Shown piece by piece: positions 29,422 to 39,884 of a stretch of 64,000 bases of DNA (positions are counted from its first letter, which is position 1; every line of letters starts with the position of its first letter). The position numbers and the translations under genes were made by a program. This DNA is from an uncultured virus (IMG/VR IMGVR_UViG_3300013103_000007). Lineage: Duplodnaviria > Heunggongvirae > Uroviricota > Caudoviricetes. Below the pieces are notes generated by a model. The model searched no databases and was not told the DNA's origin. It saw only the letters and a program-made list of their open reading frames with translations. The stretch is from the IMG/VR virus record IMGVR_UViG_3300013103_000007, one strand, 5' to 3'.

Positions 29422-30495
29422 TTAATGCTTTAAACCAAGCTTTGCCTCGTGGTATGGTTTTGTAACAGGAAGCCCTTCCAACGTTCTTTGGGCAATCCAT
29501 AAATCAGCCAGGAACAATTTGGCCGCATAGCGACGAGCCATCGCATGTTTATGCCCAATTTTTTTGTCCTTGTGCTCAGGCATCTTATCATACCGCTCAC
29601 GCATTGCATAATATGCCAGATTGTATTTATCAGGGTTATCCTTTGCCTTCAAGAAACCGCCTGCAAGAACCCCTAACAATTTGCTTTTGACAAATGGGTT
29701 CATGGTAACAGATTTTTTGAAATTTATATTTTCATTTTTGTCCACATATCTTTCAATGATAAGATGGTTATCACGGATGCTGTCGCCTTTTCCGTCGATA
29801 TCAGTTCTGACACCAACCCCACAATATCTCCAATATGCTGAGATATGTTTGGCGACATACGGATCAAGCTTGGCGATAAATACGGCAGCCATGGATGGCC
29901 CACACCCTTTCACATGCTGGAGGAAATGATGAAAGATTGGGTAATCTTTCACGTAAGTTTTGATTTTCTTACCCATTTCAATTTCCGCTTTTCTGTGTTG
30001 GACGTACGTATCAACCATTGTCCATTCATATGCGGTGGCAATAACACCTTCACGTTTAATTTCAAAATGTTTTTGAATCTGCCGGTTTGTGACCAACTCT
30101 TCCGAAAACAAATTGTATTCACCAACGATTTTGTTTATCAACTTGTTATCTTTTTCAGACTGCTTCTGGTTTTCAAAATCACCAACACGAAGCCTGAAAT
30201 TTCCAACAATTCGATTACCCGTCCGAATCCGCATATCTTGTGAATCATAAAACGTAGAAACCAACATCTTCAACTGTCCCTGATTTTGAATGTATTTTTC
30301 ATGCTGCTCAGAGACGTATATCTTCTGCGGAATATCAACTGTATCCCTGATGGGTGTCCTTCCCTCCAAGATTGCTTTTTTCATGGCGTCCGTGATCTTT
30401 GGAGCCAGTTTTCGCTCATTGGGATTCTGAAGTGCACCAACGATACTTTCAAATACATCAGTTCCAGCAGTTTGTGCTTCTTGTGCAATACTCAT
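29422..30495 (-). CDS. Nop/IS110-RNA-binding-domain protein, TIGR-associated (TasA-like), about 357 aa
   Basis: Coiled-coil FYDSQDMRIRTGNR, then FLQHVKGCGPSMAAVFIA...HISAYWRYCGVG...HAMARRYAAKLFLADLW, resembling the IS110 C-terminal/Nop domain; no RuvC or HNH motif seen; AAGGAG RBS before ATG 30495 (ORF track start 30564); adjacent to the array. Confidence 0.85.
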   Translation of the reverse strand: MSIAQEAQTAGTDVFESIVGALQNPNERKLAPKITDAMKKAILEGRTPIRDTVDIPQKIYVSEQHEKYIQNQGQLKMLVSTFYDSQDMRIRTGNRIVGNFRLRVGDFENQKQSEKDNKLINKIVGEYNLFSEELVTNRQIQKHFEIKREGVIATAYEWTMVDTYVQHRKAEIEMGKKIKTYVKDYPIFHHFLQHVKGCGPSMAAVFIAKLDPYVAKHISAYWRYCGVGVRTDIDGKGDSIRDNHLIIERYVDKNENINFKKSVTMNPFVKSKLLGVLAGGFLKAKDNPDKYNLAYYAMRERYDKMPEHKDKKIGHKHAMARRYAAKLFLADLWIAQRTLEGLPVTKPYHEAKLGLKH

Positions 30496-30681
30496 GTTAC
30501 AACTCCTTGAGGATTTTTCCTCAGTTAAATATTCTGATTTATAAAACAATATATTAAAAGCCAACTTGGTGTTGAAATGCTGCTTGCATTTAACTTATTA
30601 ATATTGTCGTCAGAATATCTGGGTTATTTAATAATTGGTGTAGAAGTTTTGTATGCTATGTCCATTTTCACAGCCAACATC

Positions 30682-31113
30682 TCATAATATACCTCGTCTT
30701 GTAAAATCAGACTTGTTAAAAATTAATTTATGGTTTCTTTCCCACCCTTGAACTAATTTCCCATCAACCCCAATTTCACATAAATCAAAATGGATACATG
30801 TGAATAATTCTTGGGAATTTGTAGGTGGACCCAATGGTGGTTTGAAACACCCATGTTTCAATGGGGTATGAATAATTGCCCTAGCTGGATATTTGGGTTC
30901 GTTTAGTATATTAAGAACTCTATCAAAATCCATAGTTGTATTGGTTGAATTCCCATAATGTTTAAGAAGTGTATGGTATCGCTCCTTTAATATTTCAAGA
31001 TCCATAAATAAATATCTTCTGCTTTTATACATCTTATAACAATATACAGATATGGATAAAGATAGGATTACACCCCATATAAGACATATTATGATTATCA
31101 ATTCGATATTCAT
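30682..31113 (-). CDS. Hypothetical protein with N-terminal TM helix
   Basis: Hydrophobic N-terminus. Confidence 0.6.
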   Translation of the reverse strand: MNIELIIIICLIWGVILSLSISVYCYKMYKSRRYLFMDLEILKERYHTLLKHYGNSTNTTMDFDRVLNILNEPKYPARAIIHTPLKHGCFKPPLGPPTNSQELFTCIHFDLCEIGVDGKLVQGWERNHKLIFNKSDFTRRGIL

Positions 31114-32090
31114 TTTTTTGTCTTTTTCTTTTTTGTAGCTTGTATAGGAGCGGTTCGCTGTCGAATATGGTTAAAAGCCAATTCTATGGAATATTTATCA
31201 TCATCCCAATTCAATGTTGAAGTCGACGAAATTGAAAATTGCCCTTCGACTGCATCATAATACATTGTAAATTGACCATCATTACCCATATAAAATTTCT
31301 CCCAATCTTTATTTTCAATTAGGAAATATTTTTTTACATCCAATTGTTCAATGGCCAGGTTGTCAAATGAAATGGTTGGCAATTTTGAAGAATCGCTCCG
31401 ACTTAAAACTTTCCAAAATTTTTTAGAGATTGTTTCAATATCATCATATATATTTGGGTTGTGAACATCGATATAATCTCGACCCCGACCTATATTTTTA
31501 TAACCAAGGAGAAGTATTTTTTTGTAATATTTTGATACGTCCATAATTAAATTAATATCATTTATACCAACAATCATATGAGCAACGACGTTTGATATAT
31601 CATCTAAACCAATTGGAAAGGGTGTAGAATCAATACTAATGCCGACGCCATATATTAACTTGTCATTAATGAGATAATTCAGTTGGTCGCGAAATCTTAA
31701 GGTTGGGTGGAGGTGTCTCATATTCATTGTAATGCTTGGAATAAACTCCAACATTTTGCACGCGTGTAAAAATGACACTAAATCTGGGTGAGACATCGGA
31801 TTACCACCACCAATCGCCAATTCAGTTCCAGCTGGTAATTGTTTCAATACCTGTAATGTCTTTTTCAAATTAGCATATTTGCCATTTTGATTTGAACCTT
31901 CATGGCAATATTTACACCCGAGATCACAATAATTTGTAATCTTTAAATCAATTGACTCAGGGAATTTTGGAGTTAAATCTTTGATGGAAGTCCCATTTTT
32001 TGATGATCTGACTTTGGTACCATTTTTATAAATGGTGATTGTATAATTACCATTTTCATGAGTTGTTAATTCATCATTGATGGTTAGCAT
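31110..32090 (-). CDS. Radical SAM protein
   Basis: CDLGCKYC and GGGNP motifs. Confidence 0.88.
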   Translation of the reverse strand: MLTINDELTTHENGNYTITIYKNGTKVRSSKNGTSIKDLTPKFPESIDLKITNYCDLGCKYCHEGSNQNGKYANLKKTLQVLKQLPAGTELAIGGGNPMSHPDLVSFLHACKMLEFIPSITMNMRHLHPTLRFRDQLNYLINDKLIYGVGISIDSTPFPIGLDDISNVVAHMIVGINDINLIMDVSKYYKKILLLGYKNIGRGRDYIDVHNPNIYDDIETISKKFWKVLSRSDSSKLPTISFDNLAIEQLDVKKYFLIENKDWEKFYMGNDGQFTMYYDAVEGQFSISSTSTLNWDDDKYSIELAFNHIRQRTAPIQATKKKKTKK

Positions 32091-32107
32091 TTTTTGGGTT
32101 TCTCCTT

Positions 32108-32620
32108 TTAATGATTATCATTATCCGTATTTAATCTACTACCCGGATTAAATATAAAATTTACAATAACATCGTCGCCTGCACATAAAATATCATACGC
32201 TTCACCAATTGATTGATGATCAATATAACCGAAAGGATAAAAATCATAATACACCGGAACTACTACCAATTCTGACCCGGTGTGGTCTCTGATTAAGGCA
32301 GAAAGTTTTTCTAAATAATTTCTTTTTATATCTGGGATGAGCTTAATCCATTCTTCAATATCAGCTTTTTCTTTTTTTAATTTATCAGCTTTTTCGCCAG
32401 CATCGATCGAAGAAAAAATGTAAGTTATTAAATAACTTAGTTTTGTTTCTGCATCATTATACGTTACTTCTTCCCAACCAAATTCTCTGCATTCGATTTC
32501 AATAACTCCATTTGATTCAGGCAATCTGCAAGATAAATTAGCATCTTCAGATAGTGATATCGAATGAGACGAACTGGAGTTTGTTTCAAAAATGTTTTTT
32601 CGAATATTTATGATATTCAT
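32108..32620 (-). CDS. Conserved phage protein (FETNSSSSHS motif)
   Basis: IRKNIFETNSSSSHSI and GYIDHQS motifs. Confidence 0.7.
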   Translation of the reverse strand: MNIINIRKNIFETNSSSSHSISLSEDANLSCRLPESNGVIEIECREFGWEEVTYNDAETKLSYLITYIFSSIDAGEKADKLKKEKADIEEWIKLIPDIKRNYLEKLSALIRDHTGSELVVVPVYYDFYPFGYIDHQSIGEAYDILCAGDDVIVNFIFNPGSRLNTDNDNH

Positions 32621-32776
32621 TGATTCTCCTTTAATTTAGTTTATGAATTAAATCTTTCACTATTTAATATATATAGATAAAATTTCAACTTTAATTTTTC
32701 CCATAAGTTAGAACATATTATTAAATACAAAAGCGGAGTTGTTTTGAATTAATTATGAATTTTTAGGAGTTTTAAA

Positions 32777-33421
32777 ATGTCTACGAATGATGAATTGTTA
32801 AAAAAGTATTTTACAGAAGATGGCCGAGTTATTTGTCAGTATTGTCATAAAACATTTAAACGCATTACAGCCCAACATACCCGAAAACATGATATGAATG
32901 TTGATGAATATAAATTTCGGTTTCCGGGTGCTCCGTTGGATCATTTACAAATTTCAGAATTTAGATCAGATTCAGTTGATCTGGAGGCACCCGTGATTGC
33001 AAAACCACCACATGAACCTCAATTATCACCCGAAGATATTATATCTCAAATAAAAAACGATTCAACACCAGTTGAAGAAGCGCCTGCAATTATAAAAGAA
33101 AACACAACATTCGAAGCAGTAAAATTCCAACATAAAGGTGAAGTTTTATCTTTTATTAGAAAATATTTGCCCACTTTAAAAAATAATTATTTTTATAAAA
33201 AAACAACTATTGAAGGTGAAGTTTTATTTACATTTGTCACTGATATGGCAGATCCACAAAACCGCGTTGTCATTGATTTCCCAGATACATTTTGGCATAA
33301 TAGAGATTTTTATTATGAATCACGGAAAAAAGAACTGTTAAATCAATCTAAATGGAAATATATTATAATCAACGGCGAAGCACCAACCAATCAAGAAATT
33401 GTAGATGCTCTCAATAAGTAA
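32777..33421 (+). CDS. Zinc-finger protein with Vsr-like C-terminal domain
   Basis: CQYC...H...H, EYK.RFP; DMADP...VIDFPDTFWH. Confidence 0.55.
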   Translation: MSTNDELLKKYFTEDGRVICQYCHKTFKRITAQHTRKHDMNVDEYKFRFPGAPLDHLQISEFRSDSVDLEAPVIAKPPHEPQLSPEDIISQIKNDSTPVEEAPAIIKENTTFEAVKFQHKGEVLSFIRKYLPTLKNNYFYKKTTIEGEVLFTFVTDMADPQNRVVIDFPDTFWHNRDFYYESRKKELLNQSKWKYIIINGEAPTNQEIVDALNK

Positions 33422-33485
33422 TATTTATTGGAACATAATTATTGAGGAATCTTGATTAAATAGCTTCGACTTAGGAGACATATAG

Positions 33486-35915
33486 ATGAGTTTAGAATAT
33501 CCACAACAGGAACGGGCAATTGATTCATATGCCAGCTATAATTCCAATGTTGTTAATCGCTTAACCCGGATGATTACGCGTGGTAAAAATTGCCTCCATG
33601 GAACCCACGCTATTGACGTATACTTAAATCCCGCTGAACCTTTAACCCAAGTTATTGTTAGCGAGGGGGAGGCATTTAAAGATGATGTTTTAATTGCAAT
33701 TACTCAAGACCACAATGTGGACATGAGTCATTCTGATTATTATGTCAACCATATGAATCCGTGGAATGAAGCAGGATATTATTATGTATGTTTGGAATAT
33801 ACGTATTCCAAATCTAAACCTGCCCCAGTATCAAAAATTCGTATTTTAAAACCATCCCAAGTAAGTTTTTATGATGAAGATGCAAGCGCATTTTTGTTGT
33901 TAAAAATTATTAAAATTGATTTTAATTCATCAACTGGGTTTTTTGAAATTACATCTTTACATGATGTACATCCTGATGATGATAGTATTAAAAGGGTTTA
34001 TGCACAATTATACGCTGGTGTTGAAGATGATCTTCCTGCTTTTGAAACAGCTCGTGATGAAGGCCGGATAATTTATTGCCGAAATCAAGATGAGTTATTC
34101 TTTGGTACATCTGGCGCTTGGGAATCATTTTCAGCAATCCGTGCCAATATTGATACAACTGATTGTGAAGTTGGTCAGATGGCTTATATTGGGCATGATG
34201 GTAAAGTTCATCCTGCAATCGCAACTGGGCCAGAAACATTGGCTGATTGTGGCGTCCTTCAAATTGGTGAAGGATATAATGGTGATGGTAAAGTTCGTCT
34301 ATATGGGATATTACGCGGCGTACCAATTGAAGATGGACGCGCTATTCAATATGGTGAAAATGTTTATCTATCTGCAATTGAAGCAGGAAGTGTTACAGAT
34401 CTCGTCAACCCCAATAATCCTCAATTTGTTGGTTCTTGTATAACACAAGGCGATTCGACAGCAAATTGTGATATATGGTTTCTCCCGACTGGGCATGGTG
34501 GTGGGGGTGGTGGAAGCACCTGGCAAGACATGTATCAAGATTTATTGGATGGTTCAATTTTTAAAGATATTACAGTTGAACCGTTTATTAATTTTGAAAA
34601 AATAAATCAATCATTGACAACAGCTCAAATACAAACATCTGACTTTTCACTTGTTGGTGATATCGGGGCATCGTTTCAATCGTTATCGCTTCAAAATGCT
34701 GATTATACGGGTCCGAGGATAGAAGTTTGTCAAGTATCAATGATGATGGATTCTACCTCAAATGTACAGATTTACGTCAATAATGATGGTGGTGAGGCTA
34801 ATTCCTGGGAGTTGGTTGAATTAGATAAACTTCATTATTTTTCGACCTACAAATTATTAATTACAAATGTAAATGGTCCCGGCTTTTTTAAAATAGGCGA
34901 TAATATTCATAGTATAACATCTAATAAGGTCGCAACTATTGTTGGAATAACTGGTAATTTTATTTTAGTTACCGGAGATACGCGACAAGGTTTTGATTAT
35001 ATTATAGGTGAGCAATTAGAAAATTTGGATGCTTTGGCAACCTGCACAATTGCAACTGTTGAAAATCGCCAGCTTGAAACTGCTTTTTACGATATACAAT
35101 TAAAAATCATTTTTGATGGGCCTGGTAAAATATATGATTATGGCATTTTGTATAATAGAGACGAGGATATTTTTAATGAAGATATAAATATTTTAAATCT
35201 ATTAAGCACTTTATATATGGACATGTATGAATTTCCTACAATGGTAGATGATGGCAGCCCAAGGTTTCCAATATCTGTGCAGGAACAATTCAGAAATGTT
35301 TATGATTATATAGATTCTAGTGATAGTACAGCTGCTCAAGAAATGGAACATATTGATTTGGATGTCACCACGTTATATAATGATATTTATATAACACCGT
35401 CAAGAGACAATGATGGATTTCCAAATTTGATGGTACCAATTGAACAACAAATAGTTTCGATTGAAACTAATATAACAAATTTAACTAATACAACATCAAC
35501 AAATGATTCGGAATTAAATAATGATATTGATACATTGTTTAATGATGTTTATAAAACACCGAGTCGAGATGACGACGGAAACCCAAATTTAACAATGAAT
35601 TTGGAGGAAAGAATTGAAAGGCGCGAAGGTTCATCAATAAGTGTTTCAACTGCGTCCACAACAATTTCAGTTCAAAGTAAAACTACAGTTGTATTTTTAA
35701 CATCATCTGCAAGCTATATCATTGGCAATATTACTGATGGTGTCATTGGACAAGAAGTTGTTTTTGCATTTTTGGCAAGTAATACAATAATGGGCAATAA
35801 TGCAAATATAAGATTATCTGGCGGGCAGCCTTTTAATGGCTCGATTAATGATACAGTTACATTAGTTTATACCGGAGCAGTCTGGATTGAAAAATGTAGA
35901 AGTTTAAATTCGTAA
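33486..35915 (+). CDS. Virion structural/tail-associated protein
   Basis: 809 aa acidic ORF opening the structural operon; internal LYxDxYxxPxxDxDGxP repeats. Confidence 0.6.
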   Translation: MSLEYPQQERAIDSYASYNSNVVNRLTRMITRGKNCLHGTHAIDVYLNPAEPLTQVIVSEGEAFKDDVLIAITQDHNVDMSHSDYYVNHMNPWNEAGYYYVCLEYTYSKSKPAPVSKIRILKPSQVSFYDEDASAFLLLKIIKIDFNSSTGFFEITSLHDVHPDDDSIKRVYAQLYAGVEDDLPAFETARDEGRIIYCRNQDELFFGTSGAWESFSAIRANIDTTDCEVGQMAYIGHDGKVHPAIATGPETLADCGVLQIGEGYNGDGKVRLYGILRGVPIEDGRAIQYGENVYLSAIEAGSVTDLVNPNNPQFVGSCITQGDSTANCDIWFLPTGHGGGGGGSTWQDMYQDLLDGSIFKDITVEPFINFEKINQSLTTAQIQTSDFSLVGDIGASFQSLSLQNADYTGPRIEVCQVSMMMDSTSNVQIYVNNDGGEANSWELVELDKLHYFSTYKLLITNVNGPGFFKIGDNIHSITSNKVATIVGITGNFILVTGDTRQGFDYIIGEQLENLDALATCTIATVENRQLETAFYDIQLKIIFDGPGKIYDYGILYNRDEDIFNEDINILNLLSTLYMDMYEFPTMVDDGSPRFPISVQEQFRNVYDYIDSSDSTAAQEMEHIDLDVTTLYNDIYITPSRDNDGFPNLMVPIEQQIVSIETNITNLTNTTSTNDSELNNDIDTLFNDVYKTPSRDDDGNPNLTMNLEERIERREGSSISVSTASTTISVQSKTTVVFLTSSASYIIGNITDGVIGQEVVFAFLASNTIMGNNANIRLSGGQPFNGSINDTVTLVYTGAVWIEKCRSLNS

Positions 35916-35928
35916 GGAGATTAAATAA

Positions 35929-36780
35929 ATGCCTAGAACAGAAGTTATAACACCGGTTGAATATAAAAAGATTGCTACGGGCGCGGATTTTAGGCGCACA
36001 ACTGGGGTGTTTTTTGATAAGGCGAGATTGGTTACCGCGAATGAAGAAATAAATAAAGTTATAAATATCGGCCACCGATTTTTGGTTGGTCGGCATCAAC
36101 TTGAAGTATTTGTCAATGGTCAATTTAAAAGGGCAATTGAAGAAGTTGATGGAACTTTTCATGGTGATTACAATGAAATAAGTTCTTATACAATTCAATT
36201 TGTGGATGATGTAATTTATGAAGGCGATACAATCAGATTTAGAATTACATGGGGCACATATAACCCAATGGTTCGTCCTCCTAATGATCTCGAAGCCAAT
36301 TTAAAACAAGTTGCTAAAGATATGTTTGGAGATGAATATATCTTTTATGGCACTGGTTTGAGAAGTGATCGAACCATTGGTATTATAACTGATGCAACAG
36401 AAACCCCAGACATAAGTGCTAATCGAACATGGCAAATTACACATCCTGTTGTTATTCGTAATTTGTTAATGGGGAAACCTGATGATATTCGTTATATAAT
36501 TTTTAGGACGGAAGCTGTAATTGATTGCAATTGTGCAATTCGTTTACAAGGCGATATGCCTTTTACTGGATTGGCCGGTGATACAATGGTTCTGTTATTT
36601 GATGGTCTTTCTTGGAGAGAGTTATCAAGAAGCATTAATTCAATGGTTGATACTGGATTTGTAGTTCCTGATGGTTGGACAAATATGCTGGATATATCAA
36701 ATTGGTGTAATGTTGGACCTGGTATATGGAGCCCGACATTTGGAAGATATGAATCTGAAGATGAAACACCTCCGGTTTAA
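35929..36780 (+). CDS. Putative tail-associated protein
   Basis: LEVFVNGQ motif; shares the TPDISA..TW...GKPDDIRY...WxELSRS domain with 37159. Confidence 0.6.
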   Translation: MPRTEVITPVEYKKIATGADFRRTTGVFFDKARLVTANEEINKVINIGHRFLVGRHQLEVFVNGQFKRAIEEVDGTFHGDYNEISSYTIQFVDDVIYEGDTIRFRITWGTYNPMVRPPNDLEANLKQVAKDMFGDEYIFYGTGLRSDRTIGIITDATETPDISANRTWQITHPVVIRNLLMGKPDDIRYIIFRTEAVIDCNCAIRLQGDMPFTGLAGDTMVLLFDGLSWRELSRSINSMVDTGFVVPDGWTNMLDISNWCNVGPGIWSPTFGRYESEDETPPV

Positions 36781-36802
36781 AATAAAAAATTAGGAAATAA
36801 TT

Positions 36803-37147
36803 ATGACTACTGTACGTTATGGGACTGAAATACCATACGGCGCTACACCTGGTGGTTCAACGCCGTATGGGTCAACTGAGCAGAGGGATACGATCATACA
36901 TCTATCTGCTAATCCTGGTTTACACGCTTCAAATATTATGATTGATTTTTCAGGTGGTGATGCTCCTATAAATATTCGTGTTCATTATACAAATGACACA
37001 GAATGTTTTTTCCCCGCAGTTGAGCCTTCTGAAGAAATATCTATACATGGCGAACGTGAAATTGAATGGGTTGAATTTGAATCGCTTTTAGCAACTCGGT
37101 CTTTTTTCTTAAATGGGTTAGCAATGAAATTGGTAACAAATTCCTAG
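36803..37147 (+). CDS. Hypothetical structural-region protein
   Basis: ORF with RBS in operon. Confidence 0.6.
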   Translation: MTTVRYGTEIPYGATPGGSTPYGSTEQRDTIIHLSANPGLHASNIMIDFSGGDAPINIRVHYTNDTECFFPAVEPSEEISIHGEREIEWVEFESLLATRSFFLNGLAMKLVTNS

Positions 37148-37158
37148 GAGACATATAA

Positions 37159-38253
37159 ATGATACTTGAAAACAGCCCAACTCCTGATATTAGCGCAAGC
37201 GAAACTTGGATTATTCAGGATGGACAACAAATTGAAAATCTTTTAGGTGGGAAGCCTGATGATATTCGTTATTTTATTTCAGCTAGCCCAGGTGTTACAA
37301 TATTCAGCAATGATGATTTGATGATAGAAGGCGGAATACATTATAATCCAGCTATTGGGGATACAATAATGATGCTTTTTGATGGGGATTCATGGTACGA
37401 ATTATCTCGTAGTTTAAATCCATTGTATAATGGGATTACGATTACCGATTATCAAATGGATAATGCTTATATTGAGAGACAGATCGAATTACTAAGAGCC
37501 GCAGTTGCATCCAATATGGATTATTATTTACAAAATTTTAATGATTTGCAAAATCAATTGGATGAATTAAATTTTGGCGGATCTGTTAATGCCCCTACTA
37601 CATTAAGTTATGATACAAACACAATTGTAAATATTCAATCTGATATTGATGGATTGGGTAAATATTTAGGGTATGATGTAATAATTGAATTTGATGCTGG
37701 CGTATATAATATTATAAGCCGAATTAATTTTGATGGTTTTTATGGCCCTAAAAAAATATATGTGTTTGGCCCAACAAGTCAACAGATATATACCCCAACA
37801 AAAAATTGTATTTTAGATTGCGTTTCTTCTGGTTTAACAGAAGGAGCTTTTGAATTTGAACAATGCAATTGCGGTATTGTGATGGACGGATTTCAAATTA
37901 ATCATAATAATACTTTGACCAATTTGCATTCTGGCGCAATAAATCTCATTTCATGTGCAGATGTTGATTTGCAAAATTTAGCAGTGAATTCCTCGAATTA
38001 TATTGGTAATGGCGTACATGCCTATAAAAGTGAATTAACGGTTACAAATACATATTTTCAAAAAGGCGAAACAGCTATTTTTGCAAATGAAAGAAGCCGA
38101 GTTATTGTTGATAACTGTGATGATTTTTCTTATGCTCCAAAATACGGACTTTATGCAACTCGTGGATCTTATATTGGGGTTGTTGATAATCAATTCCCAG
38201 ATGGGACAATTGAGGATGTAAGACAGGATCGTGGTGCAATGGTCGTCGTTTAA
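37159..38253 (+). CDS. Tail fibre/spike-like protein with beta-helix-like C-terminus
   Basis: Shared N-terminal domain with 35929; C-terminal G/N/S-rich beta-helix-like pattern. Confidence 0.55.
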   Translation: MILENSPTPDISASETWIIQDGQQIENLLGGKPDDIRYFISASPGVTIFSNDDLMIEGGIHYNPAIGDTIMMLFDGDSWYELSRSLNPLYNGITITDYQMDNAYIERQIELLRAAVASNMDYYLQNFNDLQNQLDELNFGGSVNAPTTLSYDTNTIVNIQSDIDGLGKYLGYDVIIEFDAGVYNIISRINFDGFYGPKKIYVFGPTSQQIYTPTKNCILDCVSSGLTEGAFEFEQCNCGIVMDGFQINHNNTLTNLHSGAINLISCADVDLQNLAVNSSNYIGNGVHAYKSELTVTNTYFQKGETAIFANERSRVIVDNCDDFSYAPKYGLYATRGSYIGVVDNQFPDGTIEDVRQDRGAMVVV

Positions 38254-38273
38254 AATTCTGGAGATATAATTAA

Positions 38274-39644
38274 ATGGTTGTTCAAAAAACTAAATTTCGA
38301 GGAAAGCAAAATATTCTTGAGAAGACCGTATGGAACCCTCAGATTGCTGACGATGCTGGAATCGAATATCACAAATTAGAGAAAACTCCATTAGCTGCAG
38401 ATGGTACGGTATTAGCCACTGCCCATCTCAATCTGGATGGCTTCAGAATTATTTGTGCAAGTGAACCTATTGATGATACTGATCTTACAAATAAATGTTA
38501 TGTTGATAATCTTCCTGCAAATGGTCAGATTCCAGCAGATTATGTTATACATTATATAAAAGATACATCAGGAGCACCGCATGGAACAGCCGATGATGAT
38601 GAATTATGTTTAAACATAAATGATAAATCATTATATAAATATTCTAGCGGAGCATGGAATTTAGAAAGTGACAATTTGCCAGTTGGGATGAGATTTTTGT
38701 TTGCATTGTCTGGAACTGATACAAGCGGGTTGTCAGGAATATATCATGCAACAAATTTTATTTATAAAGTTAAACCGGCTGGGCAAATATCTGACAAACT
38801 TGTAAAAAGTGGCGTATTAATTGTAATAAGAAACCAATCCAAAGATGCTGAAATAAATAGCGGTTGGGTGTATGATGGCATTTACAATTTATGGCGACCT
38901 TTAGCTGGTTCTGGTGGCTCGTCTTCACCTGGGTCTGGGGCAATTTTACCCGGCCGTGGTTTAATACAAGAAGTATCAACATTTCATGTCAATGTTGATA
39001 ATTATACAATATTTGTAAATGGCAATAATGAAATTGTTGTATCTCCTGATTTTATAAAATCATCAATATCAGATTATTTAGTTGCTGGTGAAGGAATTCA
39101 TTTAAATCAAATCGATACTCCAACTCCTAATTCAAATCTTGAAATTGAAGTTTATCAGGTTGATGGCGGAGAATGGACTGGGTCTCCACCCACTTGGTTT
39201 AATATTACACCACAATTCACTCCCGAAATTGGTTATTGGGATGGCACGGTTTGGCATTCCGAAAGTGGGAGTGCGCCTACTGCACAATTTGAAGAAAGTG
39301 GCCCATATGGCATTGGCCCGGCTCAGCATGGTGAATCTGTATTTTTAAATTACACTGGTGCTTTGACTGGAACTGTAATACAAATGCGTGCAGTTGTACA
39401 ACCTCAAGTATTTACGGCTTCTCAAACTGAAATTATGGGTGGCGGCGGCGGCGGCCCGGAACCAACAAGTATAACTTGGAGTTGGCCAAATGTTGAAGGT
39501 ACACCTACAGATTCAATATCACAATACACACCATCACATGAATGGATTACATCATGGCCCTTTTCAGTTGGTATGAGATTTGAATCCATGGCACCTGAAG
39601 ATCATACGCCTTTTACCATAATATCAATTGAAGTTTTAATATAA
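38274..39644 (+). CDS. Tail fibre-like protein
   Basis: DLTNKCYVD and AGEGI fibre motifs; Gly linkers. Confidence 0.6.
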   Translation: MVVQKTKFRGKQNILEKTVWNPQIADDAGIEYHKLEKTPLAADGTVLATAHLNLDGFRIICASEPIDDTDLTNKCYVDNLPANGQIPADYVIHYIKDTSGAPHGTADDDELCLNINDKSLYKYSSGAWNLESDNLPVGMRFLFALSGTDTSGLSGIYHATNFIYKVKPAGQISDKLVKSGVLIVIRNQSKDAEINSGWVYDGIYNLWRPLAGSGGSSSPGSGAILPGRGLIQEVSTFHVNVDNYTIFVNGNNEIVVSPDFIKSSISDYLVAGEGIHLNQIDTPTPNSNLEIEVYQVDGGEWTGSPPTWFNITPQFTPEIGYWDGTVWHSESGSAPTAQFEESGPYGIGPAQHGESVFLNYTGALTGTVIQMRAVVQPQVFTASQTEIMGGGGGGPEPTSITWSWPNVEGTPTDSISQYTPSHEWITSWPFSVGMRFESMAPEDHTPFTIISIEVLI

Positions 39645-39874
39645 TGGAAGATATACATGGATTGATACGGCTTAATTCTGAACAATTTACATTAGGAACG
39701 CAAATTAAATTGTTTGATAGAATTAGCGGGGATTTAATAAGTCAAACGATTTCAGATGTAACTGGGAGATTTACATTTTTTCAAGTTTCGTCAGGTAAAT
39801 ACATGATAGCGGCATATCCGCCTTTAAATAATAACAATGCGCAAGTTAAAAAATATAATGTAGAAGTAATTTAG
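39644..39874 (+). CDS. Small carboxypeptidase-regulatory-like (beta-sandwich) protein
   Basis: TISDVTGRFTF...GKYMI pattern. Confidence 0.5.
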   Translation: MEDIHGLIRLNSEQFTLGTQIKLFDRISGDLISQTISDVTGRFTFFQVSSGKYMIAAYPPLNNNNAQVKKYNVEVI

Positions 39875-39884
39875 GAGAATCAGG

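Noticed and set aside
29422..30564. Ordinary IS110 transposase / insertion sequence
   Set aside because: No N-terminal DEDD RuvC motif seen; the adjacent dual-repeat array fits a Tas-type protein better
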